Source: Blepharisma stoltei ATCC 30299 (taxonomy: Eukaryota > Protista > Ciliophora). Taken from it: a DNA stretch of 64,000 nucleotides. The stretch spans positions 124,001-188,000 of the forward strand of contig CBFDEM010000027.1 in NCBI GenBank assembly GCA_965603825.1, given 5' to 3'. Positions 43,724-54,491 of the stretch are shown here, piece after piece (the first letter of the stretch is position 1; each line of letters starts with the position of its first letter). Under the pieces are notes generated by a model. The model did no database searches, was not told the origin of the DNA, and worked only from the letters and a program-made list of their open reading frames with translations. Made by a program: the position numbers and the translations under genes.

Positions 43724-46345
43724 TTAATTGAAATAATTGATAATCAACTGGTAAGGCTGGTCTGGAGGCAAAATGTATAACCCTAGGTAAATCCTGCAAA
43801 TTCCATTATATGGATCCCACAAAAAGTAAGCATTTAATGGTGTCAGCACTCCGCCAGCTAATTTATATATTTTTTGAGGCCCAACAGCACAGCCATATAT
43901 CACAATATTAGAAATTGACGGGAATTCTCCAGTTGGTCTAGTATAGCCTGTAGTCAGTGGATTTACAACAAAAACATCTGCAGTTTCATTAAAATAATTG
44001 TAATTATACTGAACTTGGGTATAAAGGGTACTTGAAATCGTATTAGCTGATAGCCCATCATCAAACACTATTGTTCCAAAAGCCTGCAGGTTTCCATTTA
44101 GTGCCACAACCATAGTGATATTTGACGATCTCAAACTTTGCAGGTTTTGCACACTATTAGCGCTATCAAGTGTAGGGACGATTCTTCCACCTCTAATATG
44201 CATTGGGATGACCCCTGGCAATGGCATATCGATATACATATTGTTATCATAATTAGTCTGCACAAAAATGCCGCTGAAAAAGTCATAGTAAATATCATAC
44301 GGGAAATAAGAATCAGTCCCAGTGACTCCTGGCCATATGCAAGGATGAACCAAAATGGAGTCTCCCAGCATGAAATGAGCAGTGGCGTTATTTAAAAGAT
44401 TGAAATCACTAGGATAATCAAAGAAAGTTGGCCGGAAGAAAGCTCCTCCATTAAGGCTAGTCAAAAACATCCCTGTAGAAATATATAAGAAAATTGAGTA
44501 GCGGTTTCTGATTGACAAGCTAGAAGTCTGCAAAAGGGTTTCTCCAAAAGCCCAAGGCTCTTGTGGAATGGAGTTATATGAGTTGTGGTTTCTTGAAAAT
44601 GGGTAGAGTGTTCCTAGCTGCATCCACCTTGAACAGAGTTCTTCATTGGTATTTCCGAAAAATCCACAAATATCAGCTCCTCCATGTGAAATCCCATATA
44701 ACCCAAAATCAAAAATTCCAGTTATTGAGTATTGGAGATAGCTCCACGATGAATAATTGTCCCCAGTCCATTTTGATGCGACTCTGCCACTTCCAGGGAA
44801 TGAGCTTCTTGTCAATATAAAAGCTCTCGTTTTAAGGGTATTAGTGAAGTATGAGTTGGTAATAGCAGCTTCCATAGAGCCAAATAAGCTGTGGGCATCG
44901 TATTCTAAAATTCCACTGTAATGAGTAGATGCTACGTCAATAGTTTTGGTATTAATGTCATCACCAGGGGTGTATGGCATTGTGAGGTTATTGATAATTG
45001 AAGGCGGGGTGTGGCCGACTTCGCCTGTGATAAAGTTGCTGGCTTCGTTCATATCAAGCCATAGCCCTGAAAATGGGATGGTGCTTTGGAATGATTTTAA
45101 TTGGTTGAGCCACCAGTTGCTTGTGGCTGGGTTGAACCAGTCGGGGTAGACTGAATTCCCAGGCCAGACCTGTCCGACTGTAGGAGTATTCACCACATAA
45201 GCGCTTTGTATAAAGACATTGCTAGCAACGCCACTGGTATAGACTGAATAAGTGTTGTCATTAGGAATCCCACAATCAACGATAGGTACCCAATGTTTTC
45301 CCAATAATTGTAAAGACTGAACCCATTTAGTAAAAGTTACCTGAGGGTAATTCACAGGGTCAAAAGTAAAATCGTAAAATTTGTTCATGTAGTCAATATC
45401 GGTCCATATCACGTCTAATGGGATGTTATTAGTAATATAATTGTTAACTATCCCTTGCAGATAAGTCAGATTCTGATAGCCCCATCTAGATTGGTGCCAC
45501 CCAAGAGCCCAATAAGGCACTAATGTAGGGTAACCAATCACATTATGATACTGTAACAGGACATCTTCAGGCTCAGGACCTAAAAATCCGAAATAATCAA
45601 TAATCCCTCCAGTAGTTCTAAACCCAACTGATTTTTTCGCTACAATAGCCGACATTGCATTGGAATTCAAGAAAAATCCACCATGCGCTGTATAGTTGTT
45701 ATCAATTGCAATATAAAAAGGCTGAGAGCTGTACAAGTTTTCTTTTCCATCAGCTCCATAATCCACTGGTGATCCACCTCTGTCTTGTGCCCAAAGAGTA
45801 TAGGTTCCTGGTGACAGTACAAAAGTAGAGACCCTTTCCCCAAGCCCCATAACCTTGACAGCATAGTTAAAACTATTGGTGAAGAATATGTCTTTGTCAT
45901 TATACATAAAAGTTGTATAAGAATTTATATAAAATAAGTTTTTGCTGTCTGAGTTCCTGGTGATTTGAATGGTAAGAGGAGACCCTACTTGACCCACAAC
46001 AACTTTATAGAGAGGAATAATAGCGGCAGCATTGCCATTTTGAACAGCATAAGGGACTTGCCACCTTTTTGGATTATTCGTGTCTGTTATTTTAACTCTG
46101 AATGTCTGAGAAGTGATATAAGTGATATTAACTGTTAGGCTTTCAATCGGGTCTTCATTATTTTTTGTTGAAAGAGCTGTAGCGTTTTGGGCTAATACGA
46201 CAACTCCATATGAATTCGTAACTACGCTTGTAATTTGATAGGGATTTAGGGTTGCAGCATCTATATCGTCATATCCAAGAAAGTCCCATGCAAAAGTTGA
46301 ACCAAATAAAACAACTAAAGTAATCAAAGCATGAAGATTTGCCAT
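43724..46345 (-). CDS. GH31 alpha-glucosidase (lysosomal/acid type), secreted
   Basis: Signal peptide, PYWALGWHQSRWGY, WTDIDYM, nucleophile WLDMNE, acid/base WTGDN, GADICGF, PFSRNHN. Confidence 0.96.
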   Translation of the reverse strand: MANLHALITLVVLFGSTFAWDFLGYDDIDAATLNPYQITSVVTNSYGVVVLAQNATALSTKNNEDPIESLTVNITYITSQTFRVKITDTNNPKRWQVPYAVQNGNAAAIIPLYKVVVGQVGSPLTIQITRNSDSKNLFYINSYTTFMYNDKDIFFTNSFNYAVKVMGLGERVSTFVLSPGTYTLWAQDRGGSPVDYGADGKENLYSSQPFYIAIDNNYTAHGGFFLNSNAMSAIVAKKSVGFRTTGGIIDYFGFLGPEPEDVLLQYHNVIGYPTLVPYWALGWHQSRWGYQNLTYLQGIVNNYITNNIPLDVIWTDIDYMNKFYDFTFDPVNYPQVTFTKWVQSLQLLGKHWVPIVDCGIPNDNTYSVYTSGVASNVFIQSAYVVNTPTVGQVWPGNSVYPDWFNPATSNWWLNQLKSFQSTIPFSGLWLDMNEASNFITGEVGHTPPSIINNLTMPYTPGDDINTKTIDVASTHYSGILEYDAHSLFGSMEAAITNSYFTNTLKTRAFILTRSSFPGSGRVASKWTGDNYSSWSYLQYSITGIFDFGLYGISHGGADICGFFGNTNEELCSRWMQLGTLYPFSRNHNSYNSIPQEPWAFGETLLQTSSLSIRNRYSIFLYISTGMFLTSLNGGAFFRPTFFDYPSDFNLLNNATAHFMLGDSILVHPCIWPGVTGTDSYFPYDIYYDFFSGIFVQTNYDNNMYIDMPLPGVIPMHIRGGRIVPTLDSANSVQNLQSLRSSNITMVVALNGNLQAFGTIVFDDGLSANTISSTLYTQVQYNYNYFNETADVFVVNPLTTGYTRPTGEFPSISNIVIYGCAVGPQKIYKLAGGVLTPLNAYFLWDPYNGICRIYLGLYILPPDQPYQLIINYFN

Positions 46346-46845
46346 GTTGATTATATTTTCACCACTATAATGGAAAATTTAAGTTATTAGCAGAAACTTG
46401 AAGTAGACTTATTGATTTTTCAATATTTAAATCATAAAAATTTAAGACTCTTCTTTTAAGATAAAATGTTTTCCTTAAATTATTTTGATTTTTAATTTTA
46501 TTGAATATTAAAATTTTATAATCCAAAATTAGTGACAATTCTTTAAATCATTTATTAATTTAGGATTTCCTATGGTTTATTCATTATTCTTAAATAAAAT
46601 GACTTTAATACTCAATTATAATTATATAAATGGCTATAATGATGATGATCACCTGTGTTGTCGACTCAATGAGATCAATATTTGCCGAATACTGATTTGC
46701 CACTTATAACTGGAAACACCATTCCAACCTACATTAAACCTGCATAGCTTTAACTATATTTATCACATCACATAATCCCCATATGACTAACCCTTTATAA
46801 ACGACATATCAGCAATTTTATCCACAAAACCCCACAAATTAAGCA

Positions 46846-47970
46846 TTATTTTTTAGTTATAGTCATAATGAAATTATTCTTTATCGTCTGCGAATTGAAC
46901 TCACCCAAGTTTTTTGGAAGAAAATTATCCGCAGTTTGTATAAATTTCCTTAGCCTCTCCGGAGACGTGAATTGTTCTCCCAGCTCGCTAGACAGCCTTT
47001 CAATTTCATCGGCTGCATATTCATCTTGATAAAGATTTTTAAATTTCGCAGTCAAATTAATCCTCCCTTTATTCAGCTCGACTTCTTGTCTTTCTTTGTA
47101 AGTCCCTAATGAGTTATTAATTGTGCTTATATCTAGCTCATCAAAATCTTCAGGCAACAAATTTTCTTTAAATAAGGCTCCGATTTCTCGCTTAGATAAG
47201 CTGTTTGTTAATGATAAAGCTAATTTTGAGATATAGTCAATATCAGCTTGAGGATATTTCACCTTCAATTTTACAGTCAGCTTAGACACTTCTCCACGTC
47301 TCAGTAAATCTTGTTGGATTCTATCAAAAGCTTCCCTTATCTTGATAGGGGATGCGTATCCCATTTTTTCAGGAAAAATTCTTCTAAGGTTATGCACAAA
47401 CAGTTTCAATGCTTCTGTGTTTAGATCTTTAAAATGGTCGAAAAGCGTTAGTGTAAGCTCCATTATAGCCCTGACATCTTCTCCTGGGTATATGCTTTCT
47501 TTTAATGTGCTGAAAACTTGTTCTTTGTATATTCTTCTGTCAAGTTTTCGTTTTAGATGTGCCCAGAGATCAAAAATTCCTCTTTCATAAACGATTTGGA
47601 GGCTTGGTTTAAGAGGGCATCTGTCTAGGTTTAGCTCTACGAGTGCTGGGATCATTGCTAAATCTCTTGGAAGAGTTTGAATGCGTGTCCTGCTCAAATC
47701 TAAAATTCGGATATGGGGACATTTTGAAAGCTCTGGAGGGATTGATCTGAGAGGGTTATCATTTAGGCAGAGTTCTTTTAGCTTTGTTAAGTTTGAGACT
47801 TCGGGAGGAAGGACGTCAATATTGTTAAATGATAAATCGAGCCTTAATAAATCAACAAGGGTTCATACTTTATCGGGGATTTTGAATAAGTTACAGCCTG
47901 TCAATATCAAGCTATTAGATCTTTGGGCTAATTTTATTTTGCAAGCTACTTGTTTGTTTTCAGACTTCAT
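46846..47970 (-). CDS. Leucine-rich repeat protein, 374 aa
   Basis: LLRLDLSFNNIDVLPPEV, LKELCLNDNPLRSIPPEL, ILDLSRTRIQTLPRDL; ATG 47970, one TGA-Trp. Confidence 0.88.
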
Positions 47971-48606
47971 TTTAAAACTCAATAATAACTGATTGAAAGA
48001 TTTTGATGTTTTATAAATTTTATGATGCTATTCTATCGTAGATTATAAGAGTTTTAGTGTGAATTAATTAAAAAATTCTTGACTAAATTAGAAACAGCCG
48101 GTTATAAATAAGACAGTATTTCTCTTAAAGAAATCCTTAATAGGCACTTTGGATTATTCATTATAATTTCTATTCTTTTATAAATCTGCTTAATAAGCGA
48201 AAAATAATATTTAATTTACTTTTCAAAATTCTATTCAATATTTTATCTGTGTAAAAAGAAATTTATATGAAGAACATGGAAATCAAGGAAAATAAAAGAA
48301 GTTTTAGTTAGGGCATGCTCTCAAATAATGGGTAATAAGGAATTAATAATTCTTTCTCAATATTGGTTCAATTCTTCAATATTTGAGAATCTTATAAAAG
48401 AAATACACTTGATGTCAATTTTTAGAAATTGCTAGGAATAAACCAAAGAATATTTATAATATTCATAAGCAGAGCACTAAATTTTTTAGAAGATCAATTT
48501 ATATATAAAACCTGATTTTCTTAATTCTAGATTTTAAATCACGTCTAAGCAAAAAAGAATGATCTTATGCCACATTATCACTTATTTTTAGTTGGTTATA
48601 AATAAA

Positions 48607-48741
48607 ATGGATAAAGAGACTCAAAAGCTTTTACTCGTAGGAACAGTAGCTGCACTTGTTGGGTTTGTTGCCACTGGAATCGCAGCTCACCTCGGCTGCT
48701 GCAAATCAAAATCCAAGGAAGAGCCTAAGAAGACAGCATAA
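48607..48741 (+). CDS. 44-aa single-pass membrane microprotein
   Basis: MDKETQKLLLVGTVAALVGFVATGIAAHLGCCKSKSKEEPKKTA; GC-richer island with aaaATG context in an AT-rich spacer. Confidence 0.6.
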   Translation: MDKETQKLLLVGTVAALVGFVATGIAAHLGCCKSKSKEEPKKTA

Positions 48742-49194
48742 ATAACTTTTTATCATTGAATCACAAATTTTCCTTTTAAGAATATTAAGATTGTAATTAG
48801 ATAGGATCTGTTTTTTTAAGATTTTTTTGACTTTCTTCAATGCTTAAATAATAAATCTAGCCCAAGCTAAATGGGATTTTATGATATCTATTTAGTATCA
48901 TTTCTGGAAACTAATTAAATTCTTTTTCTATAAGAATCTTTTTCACTTATAAAAATATTGCAAAGGATTTAGGTGGCCCCAAAAAATTAAGTCGAATGGC
49001 TTTTCTCGACACATTTCATCTAAGAAATTTTTAAATATAACTTAAGAAGAATTAAATAATACCTAAACCTCTAAAGTTTCACGATTATAATCCATAAAAA
49101 TTTGATTTTTCCATCATACAAACTTCTTCGATATCCCCAAATCAAATCATAACAATCCTCCTTGTAATAATTCCATAAATTTAATAACAGTTAT

Positions 49195-51834
49195 ATGTCC
49201 CAAAACTCTCTCCAGCCTGACGACCCTCAAAATGATTTTCCTTCCTACGCCAACGACGAGAACAAAGGACTAAACAAAGAAATCATCGAGAAAAAGGAGT
49301 TCGTTTACAGATTTACCGAAGAAATCGAAGAAATCAATGAGCGCGTAAAAATCCTCACAGACCACTTCAAAAACGTCCAAGAAGAGCTTGTCCATACCCA
49401 AACTCTAGTGGACACTGAAGTCAAAGAAATTGAAAGCGAAGACCACTTAAAGCAGCTTTCCGAAAGGCAAATTGGCAGACTCTATTCAGATCTCCAAAAG
49501 CTTGAACAAGAAGCAGCCGAGCAGCAAGACCGCTTGAACAGCATCCAAAATCAGATTTTCAAAGGGAACGAGAAGCTTGACCAATACAAGCTCAAAATGA
49601 ACTGGAACCAAGAAGAGCTCGAACAGTGGGCCTTGGCAAGCAGACAAAAAGAAGACGACAATTTGACCCTGGAAAAGTACAGAAGGGCTGACGAGGCAAA
49701 AATCAAAGAACTGACTCTGCATATAGAAAAACTCACAATGGACGTCAGACAAAAACAGGAAGAACTAGACCGGGAAGTCACAGAAACCCAAGCTAAACAA
49801 ATCGAATTGGACAAAACTGCAGAAGAGTTCAAAAGAATGCACGCTGAGCGGCATGAGCTTTATGAAAGGCTGCAAGACACTGTGAAAGCTTGTCAAAGGC
49901 TTGACAAATCCCTTCACGACGCTGGCGAAACTTTTGGAAATGACAGGTTTCGGATCCGCAAAAAACAAGAAACCCTCTCCCAAAGGATCAAAAATCTGCA
50001 GAAGGTCCAAATTGATAACCAACAAGCCCAAGGCGAAAACACCTTGTATTTAAGACAGCTAGAAGCACAAAGACTGAAAGAAATCCAAACTGAGCAGGAT
50101 TTAAAGAGCTTTAAAGCCGAAGTCGATATCACAAAAAACCAATTAAGCGCTTTAGCTTCAGATTTGGCTGGAAAAAGAGCTCAAATTATTGCTCTGAATA
50201 AAGAATTAGCAGAAATTAAGCAGAGATTTGAGGAGTCAAAAAAGAAAGAAATGCAGACAAGGCTTAAGCTGAGATCAGAATGTGCGATGACTGATAACTT
50301 AGAAGCCAAAGCAAAAGCAGAAGAGCTTGAATATAAGGTAAATCAAGATATTCAAGAAGGCTTAGAACAAGAAATAAGAGACGCCAAAGAAAGGCTGTTT
50401 AAAGAAACCCAAACTTTGCTTGACCTCCGCTCAGTTGAAGCAAACTTGTTAGGCGAAATAAAAGGAGCTCTAGCAGCAGGGAGAAATCTCCAGGCAGCAA
50501 TCAGCAAGAGAGACCAAGAAATCCAAAGGCAGCACGTCTTGCTTTATAACGCAGACTACCTCATTCAATTTATGCAGCGAAAAGTAGATGAAGCCAAAGG
50601 TGTTCAAGTGACTGACAAAAACAAAGATTTATTGATAAAATGTGACGAAAAAGAGGCAGAATTAAAAGAAAAAGAAGAGCAGCTTGACAAAGTCTCTAAA
50701 AGTGTCAAAGAGCTCACAGACGACTTAAGACTTATTGAAAGAACTATAGAAAAAACCCAAAAAGAAGAAAGCGTCTTATCTAACAACTACCAAGAAATGA
50801 CGCTGCAAATCAAGATGATTGAGCTAGAAATAGAAAAAGAACAAAAGCGAAAAGACGAAGTCTTGGTACAGCATGACACTATGAAACTAGAAGTAAAAAA
50901 ACTTAAAGATATACTGTGTGGAGAAGCAGACAGGCTGTTTTCTGTAGAAAACAGAAAACAGCAGCTTAAAATGAGTATGGAAGAGCGTGAAAAAGAAATC
51001 AACGTCCACAAAGAAACCCTGCTTGCTGAACAAAGAGCTGCTGAGGACGAAAAACATAAAGTTCTGGTAGAGCTTGCAGACAGAAAAAGCAAGGTGCAAA
51101 ATTTAAAGGTGAAATATGAAAATCTGTGCTATAAAAATAGAGCACAAGAAGAAGGAGAAGAAAGGACACAAGCGTACTATGTGATTAAGGCTGCACAAGA
51201 AAGAGAAGAGCTACAAAGGTATGGGGATGAGCTGGACTCAAAAATAAGGAAAGCAGAAAGAGAAATAAGGGCTCTAGCAAACACTCTTGAACACCTTAAA
51301 GGAAGAAACAGCAAGTTCAGAGACTCATTTGCTGCAAAAGGCGACGAAAGTGAGCAGCAAATGAAAAACGCTTTAGAAGACCAATGCAGAGGTGCAACAG
51401 AGCAGCTTTCTAAAAGAGAAAGAGAGCTTAGGACGCTACAAAAACAATATGAAGAAGACATGAAGCGACTGATGGAAATCCAAACAAGAAATGACACTCT
51501 TAAAAGAATGGCAGCAGAAACTGAAAACAATAAAGAACAGCTAGGTTCACAAATAAGCGTCCAACAAGAGAAGTTGGAAAGAGCTATAAACTTGGCAAGA
51601 AATAAAGAAACCTCGCTAGATAGAGCTCAAGAACTTGACTTAAGGCTGCAGCTAGCAAAAACAAAGAATAGGTGTTTAATGTCAACTTTGACGATATTAA
51701 GCACTGATATTCCTGAAATATCACATTTAATTGAAAGCGCACTTGAACAGCATGGAATTAAAATTCCGTCGAGACCTCCTTCGTCTGCTGGAAGCAGGAG
51801 TAGTAGAGCAAGCTCGAGAGGCAGCAGAAGATAA
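49195..51834 (+). CDS. CCDC39: Coiled-coil domain-containing protein 39 (FAP59, axonemal 96-nm ruler)
   Basis: MNWNQEELEQW..ASRQKEDD..LEKY..ADEAKIKEL, ELDKTAEEF, QAYYVIKAAQEREELQR.GDELD.KI.KAE.EI.AL.NTL. Confidence 0.93.
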   Translation: MSQNSLQPDDPQNDFPSYANDENKGLNKEIIEKKEFVYRFTEEIEEINERVKILTDHFKNVQEELVHTQTLVDTEVKEIESEDHLKQLSERQIGRLYSDLQKLEQEAAEQQDRLNSIQNQIFKGNEKLDQYKLKMNWNQEELEQWALASRQKEDDNLTLEKYRRADEAKIKELTLHIEKLTMDVRQKQEELDREVTETQAKQIELDKTAEEFKRMHAERHELYERLQDTVKACQRLDKSLHDAGETFGNDRFRIRKKQETLSQRIKNLQKVQIDNQQAQGENTLYLRQLEAQRLKEIQTEQDLKSFKAEVDITKNQLSALASDLAGKRAQIIALNKELAEIKQRFEESKKKEMQTRLKLRSECAMTDNLEAKAKAEELEYKVNQDIQEGLEQEIRDAKERLFKETQTLLDLRSVEANLLGEIKGALAAGRNLQAAISKRDQEIQRQHVLLYNADYLIQFMQRKVDEAKGVQVTDKNKDLLIKCDEKEAELKEKEEQLDKVSKSVKELTDDLRLIERTIEKTQKEESVLSNNYQEMTLQIKMIELEIEKEQKRKDEVLVQHDTMKLEVKKLKDILCGEADRLFSVENRKQQLKMSMEEREKEINVHKETLLAEQRAAEDEKHKVLVELADRKSKVQNLKVKYENLCYKNRAQEEGEERTQAYYVIKAAQEREELQRYGDELDSKIRKAEREIRALANTLEHLKGRNSKFRDSFAAKGDESEQQMKNALEDQCRGATEQLSKRERELRTLQKQYEEDMKRLMEIQTRNDTLKRMAAETENNKEQLGSQISVQQEKLERAINLARNKETSLDRAQELDLRLQLAKTKNRCLMSTLTILSTDIPEISHLIESALEQHGIKIPSRPPSSAGSRSSRASSRGSRR

Positions 51835-51858
51835 TATTAAAGTAAATAATTTTTATAA

Positions 51859-53733
51859 ATGGAAACCAAGCCTAAAATAAAAGGAGGCGGAGGCGCTTTA
51901 GAAAGGAAAGACTTAACTGTGCAGCGTGATCCTTCAGTTAACCAAGCAGTCACTCAAGAAGTCCAAAGCGACAATAGATACCTTAGATACTATAATTGGC
52001 TTATTTCAAATGGCTGTATTTTCCCAAGTGTAAATTTTAATTAGCTTGAATTCCCAGTCGCTTTCACCGACGCAGGCATTGTAGGTGCTCTTGCAAAAAT
52101 TGATATAACTCCTTGCAAGGTACATCTAATTTAGGCGTTCCTATTTATCCCATATAGCATCACTATCAATTTATTCAAAGCGAGGAAAAGCGAAATCGCG
52201 CATATTTTCCAAGAGCACAATTACTGGTTTCAAACCCATCCTAGAGGGGACGATCACATTATGTGGACTTATATCATATATGAAAAATTAAAAGGCGCTG
52301 AAAGCTTCTGGTTTCCTTATTTTGAGACTATTAAAAGCATGGAATCAGTGATTGACTGAGATGAAACAGAAATTCTTGAACTGCAAGACCCTGTGCTAGT
52401 GTATGAATGCAAACAATGAAGCAAAAGAATAGAGAATACCTGGAAATCAATGGAAGAAATACTATTAGAGCACCCAAATTATTTCCCTCCTGATAAAGAC
52501 TTAAAAGGGCTCTTTAATTGGGCTTGGAGATTGACCTGCACAAGAGCATTTGCATGGGAAGGAGGAATGGTGATTCCTTTAGCTGACAATTTGAACCACT
52601 CAGACTGTTATATTACATATGAGTCCGAGTACAGAGAAATCCTTGAACAAACTCATTTAACTATAGAAGGGAATAAAGACTACAGAGACTTTTCAAACAC
52701 TGCTTATAAAGGTAGAGAAGATACAATCTTACGAAGCAATACAAACAGGCTTGAAAAATACCTAGAAAATAATAAAAATAAAGACGTATTAAAAGAACTA
52801 GACGCGATTTGGCAAGTTGAAGAAATAATCGCTGATTATAGGAGCAGCTCTGATGAAGAAGATGCCAGAAATATAGGAGAAGTATTCAGTGACGAAGAAA
52901 AAGAAGAAGCTGACGAAGGCTATGAAAGTGATGACGACACTGAAGAATTCAAAGATAATACAAACTCAAGAGATGAGCCTGATTCTTATTTCATTATGAG
53001 CACTGGTGTAAGGACTTTTTTTAAACAAGGCTCACAAGTATATAACTCTTATGGAAGACTGAATAATAGAGACCTTTTGCTTGATTATGGCTTTGTTATT
53101 GAGAAAAACAGATATGATGCAGTTTATTTCAGAGTAAATTCAATATAGATGTGGATCCCTAGCAGTGGAAAAACAGGATATGTGACTGCCGAAGACATAA
53201 TAAATGAAGCTTATAAGTTTGATTTATCCTGCGCCAATTTAGACGACGTCACTGAGCTGCATGAAATCAAGCTTAAAAGGTTCAGCACAGATATTTTCAC
53301 ATATTTCAGGAAAATCGCTGACTATACGTGTCCAGCGCTTCAAAATGTAGACCCACCAAGCTTGAAAGCTTCACCTACTAATATCAAGCTTGAGCTGTGG
53401 ATTTGTGACCAAGTTTACGAGCTTTATACGCGGCTTGAAAGCACTTTTTCGACTCCTCTCGAGCATGATGTTTCATTACTGAACAGTAATTTACCTTCTA
53501 GGCTTAGGATGGCGGTAATTGATATATAGATCATTTATAGGATTGCTCAAAAGCGAATACTTATCAATCAAAAACATATGCTGAACAAGCTCAAAAGTAT
53601 ATTGGAGGCTACCTTAAATGGAGATGCATTAGAGAATCATTTGAAAGAAAAAACCATTAAGGAGCTGCGAGAAGTGTATCCTTTGAACGGCTATTTGAAG
53701 TCGCTGAAAGCTAATCGATATTATTCTCGTTAA
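51859..53733 (+). CDS. SET-domain protein methyltransferase (RuBisCO LSMT/SETD3-like), 604 aa, 4 introns
   Basis: WLISNG, SFWFPYF, WAWRLTCTRAF, IPLADNLNH, QVYNSYGRLNNRDLLLDYGF, substrate-binding tail MA|IIYRIAQKRIL. Confidence 0.9.
52030..52044 (+). other. 15-nt intron GTAAATTTTAATTAG
   Basis: Matches the consensus; removes an in-frame TAG. Confidence 0.88.
52120..52134 (+). other. 15-nt intron GTACATCTAATTTAG
   Basis: Matches the consensus; removes an in-frame TAG. Confidence 0.88.
53134..53148 (+). other. 15-nt intron GTAAATTCAATATAG
   Basis: Matches the consensus; removes an in-frame TAG. Confidence 0.88.
53515..53529 (+). other. 15-nt intron GTAATTGATATATAG
   Basis: Matches the consensus; removes an in-frame TAG. 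Confidence 0.88.
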
Positions 53734-53754
53734 TTAATTTATTCTCTATAAATA

Positions 53755-54471
53755 CTAATTGGCTTTGTTTTCGATTATACGAAGAAGCCCTTCTCTTGCA
53801 GATTTCCAAAGCTTTACTACAGCCCAGCTGCTTTCAGTTCCTTGATTGAGTTCTTTAATACTGTTAATAGGGACTGAAGCCCCAAAGCCATGCTCTAAAT
53901 TGATAACTACTCCTACAACTTTGCCAGCTTCGTTAAGAAGAGGACCCCCTACACATTCTTTAGGAATCTGAGGTGTGGTTTTGATCACTCTATAGGTCTT
54001 GATATTACCATCTTTTTTTCTCATGAAAGGCTGCTGGGTATCAGTAATATAAACTTCATTGAAATAAGGGTATTTATCTTTAAGGCCTAAAACAAAAGCT
54101 GTGTCTCCGTCCCGGATCTCATTTTTAGTTAGAGGGATTTTTTCAGTGTTACTTTTAATAATAATGAATTCAATTCCGGGGACATTTTCAAATGAGCTTG
54201 ATTCAGCTTCGAATTCTCGGGAATCATAAGTTTTTACCATTATTTTGCAGTGTTCTTTGTTCTCAAGGGCATAGCTTGATGTAACACCAAATCCGTCATT
54301 GCTGATAAAAAATCCTGTGCAGTGGCCTTTGGGGTTGAGGGTTTCTTTGTCAATAAAAGAAATTCGGAACATTCCTCTGAGGGAACGATCTAATATAGTT
54401 TCCGATTCATTTGCAGAGGACTTGGCATAAGACCCAAAAGCTAAGAAAGCAAAAGGAAAAAGCCTCCTCAT
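53755..54471 (-). CDS. Trypsin-like (HtrA/DegP-type) protease-fold protein lacking catalytic His and Ser
   Basis: CTGFFISNDGFGVTSSY, GDTAFVLG, CVGGPLLNEAGKVVGV, SVPINSI. Confidence 0.78.
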   Translation of the reverse strand: MRRLFPFAFLAFGSYAKSSANESETILDRSLRGMFRISFIDKETLNPKGHCTGFFISNDGFGVTSSYALENKEHCKIMVKTYDSREFEAESSSFENVPGIEFIIIKSNTEKIPLTKNEIRDGDTAFVLGLKDKYPYFNEVYITDTQQPFMRKKDGNIKTYRVIKTTPQIPKECVGGPLLNEAGKVVGVVINLEHGFGASVPINSIKELNQGTESSWAVVKLWKSAREGLLRIIENKAN

Positions 54472-54491
54472 ATATATTAAATTTAAGATTA

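Noticed and set aside
37829-46345. DSP + CBM20 + GH31 as a split laforin/glycogen cluster
   Set aside because: The DSP active site (HCYYGISRS) is MKP-like rather than glucan-phosphatase-like, and FAN1 intervenes; proximity may be chance
53486-53501. 16-nt GTAATTTACCTTCTAG intron-like string in the SET gene
   Set aside because: The frame is open without splicing, removal would frameshift, and it lacks the A six nt from the 3' end
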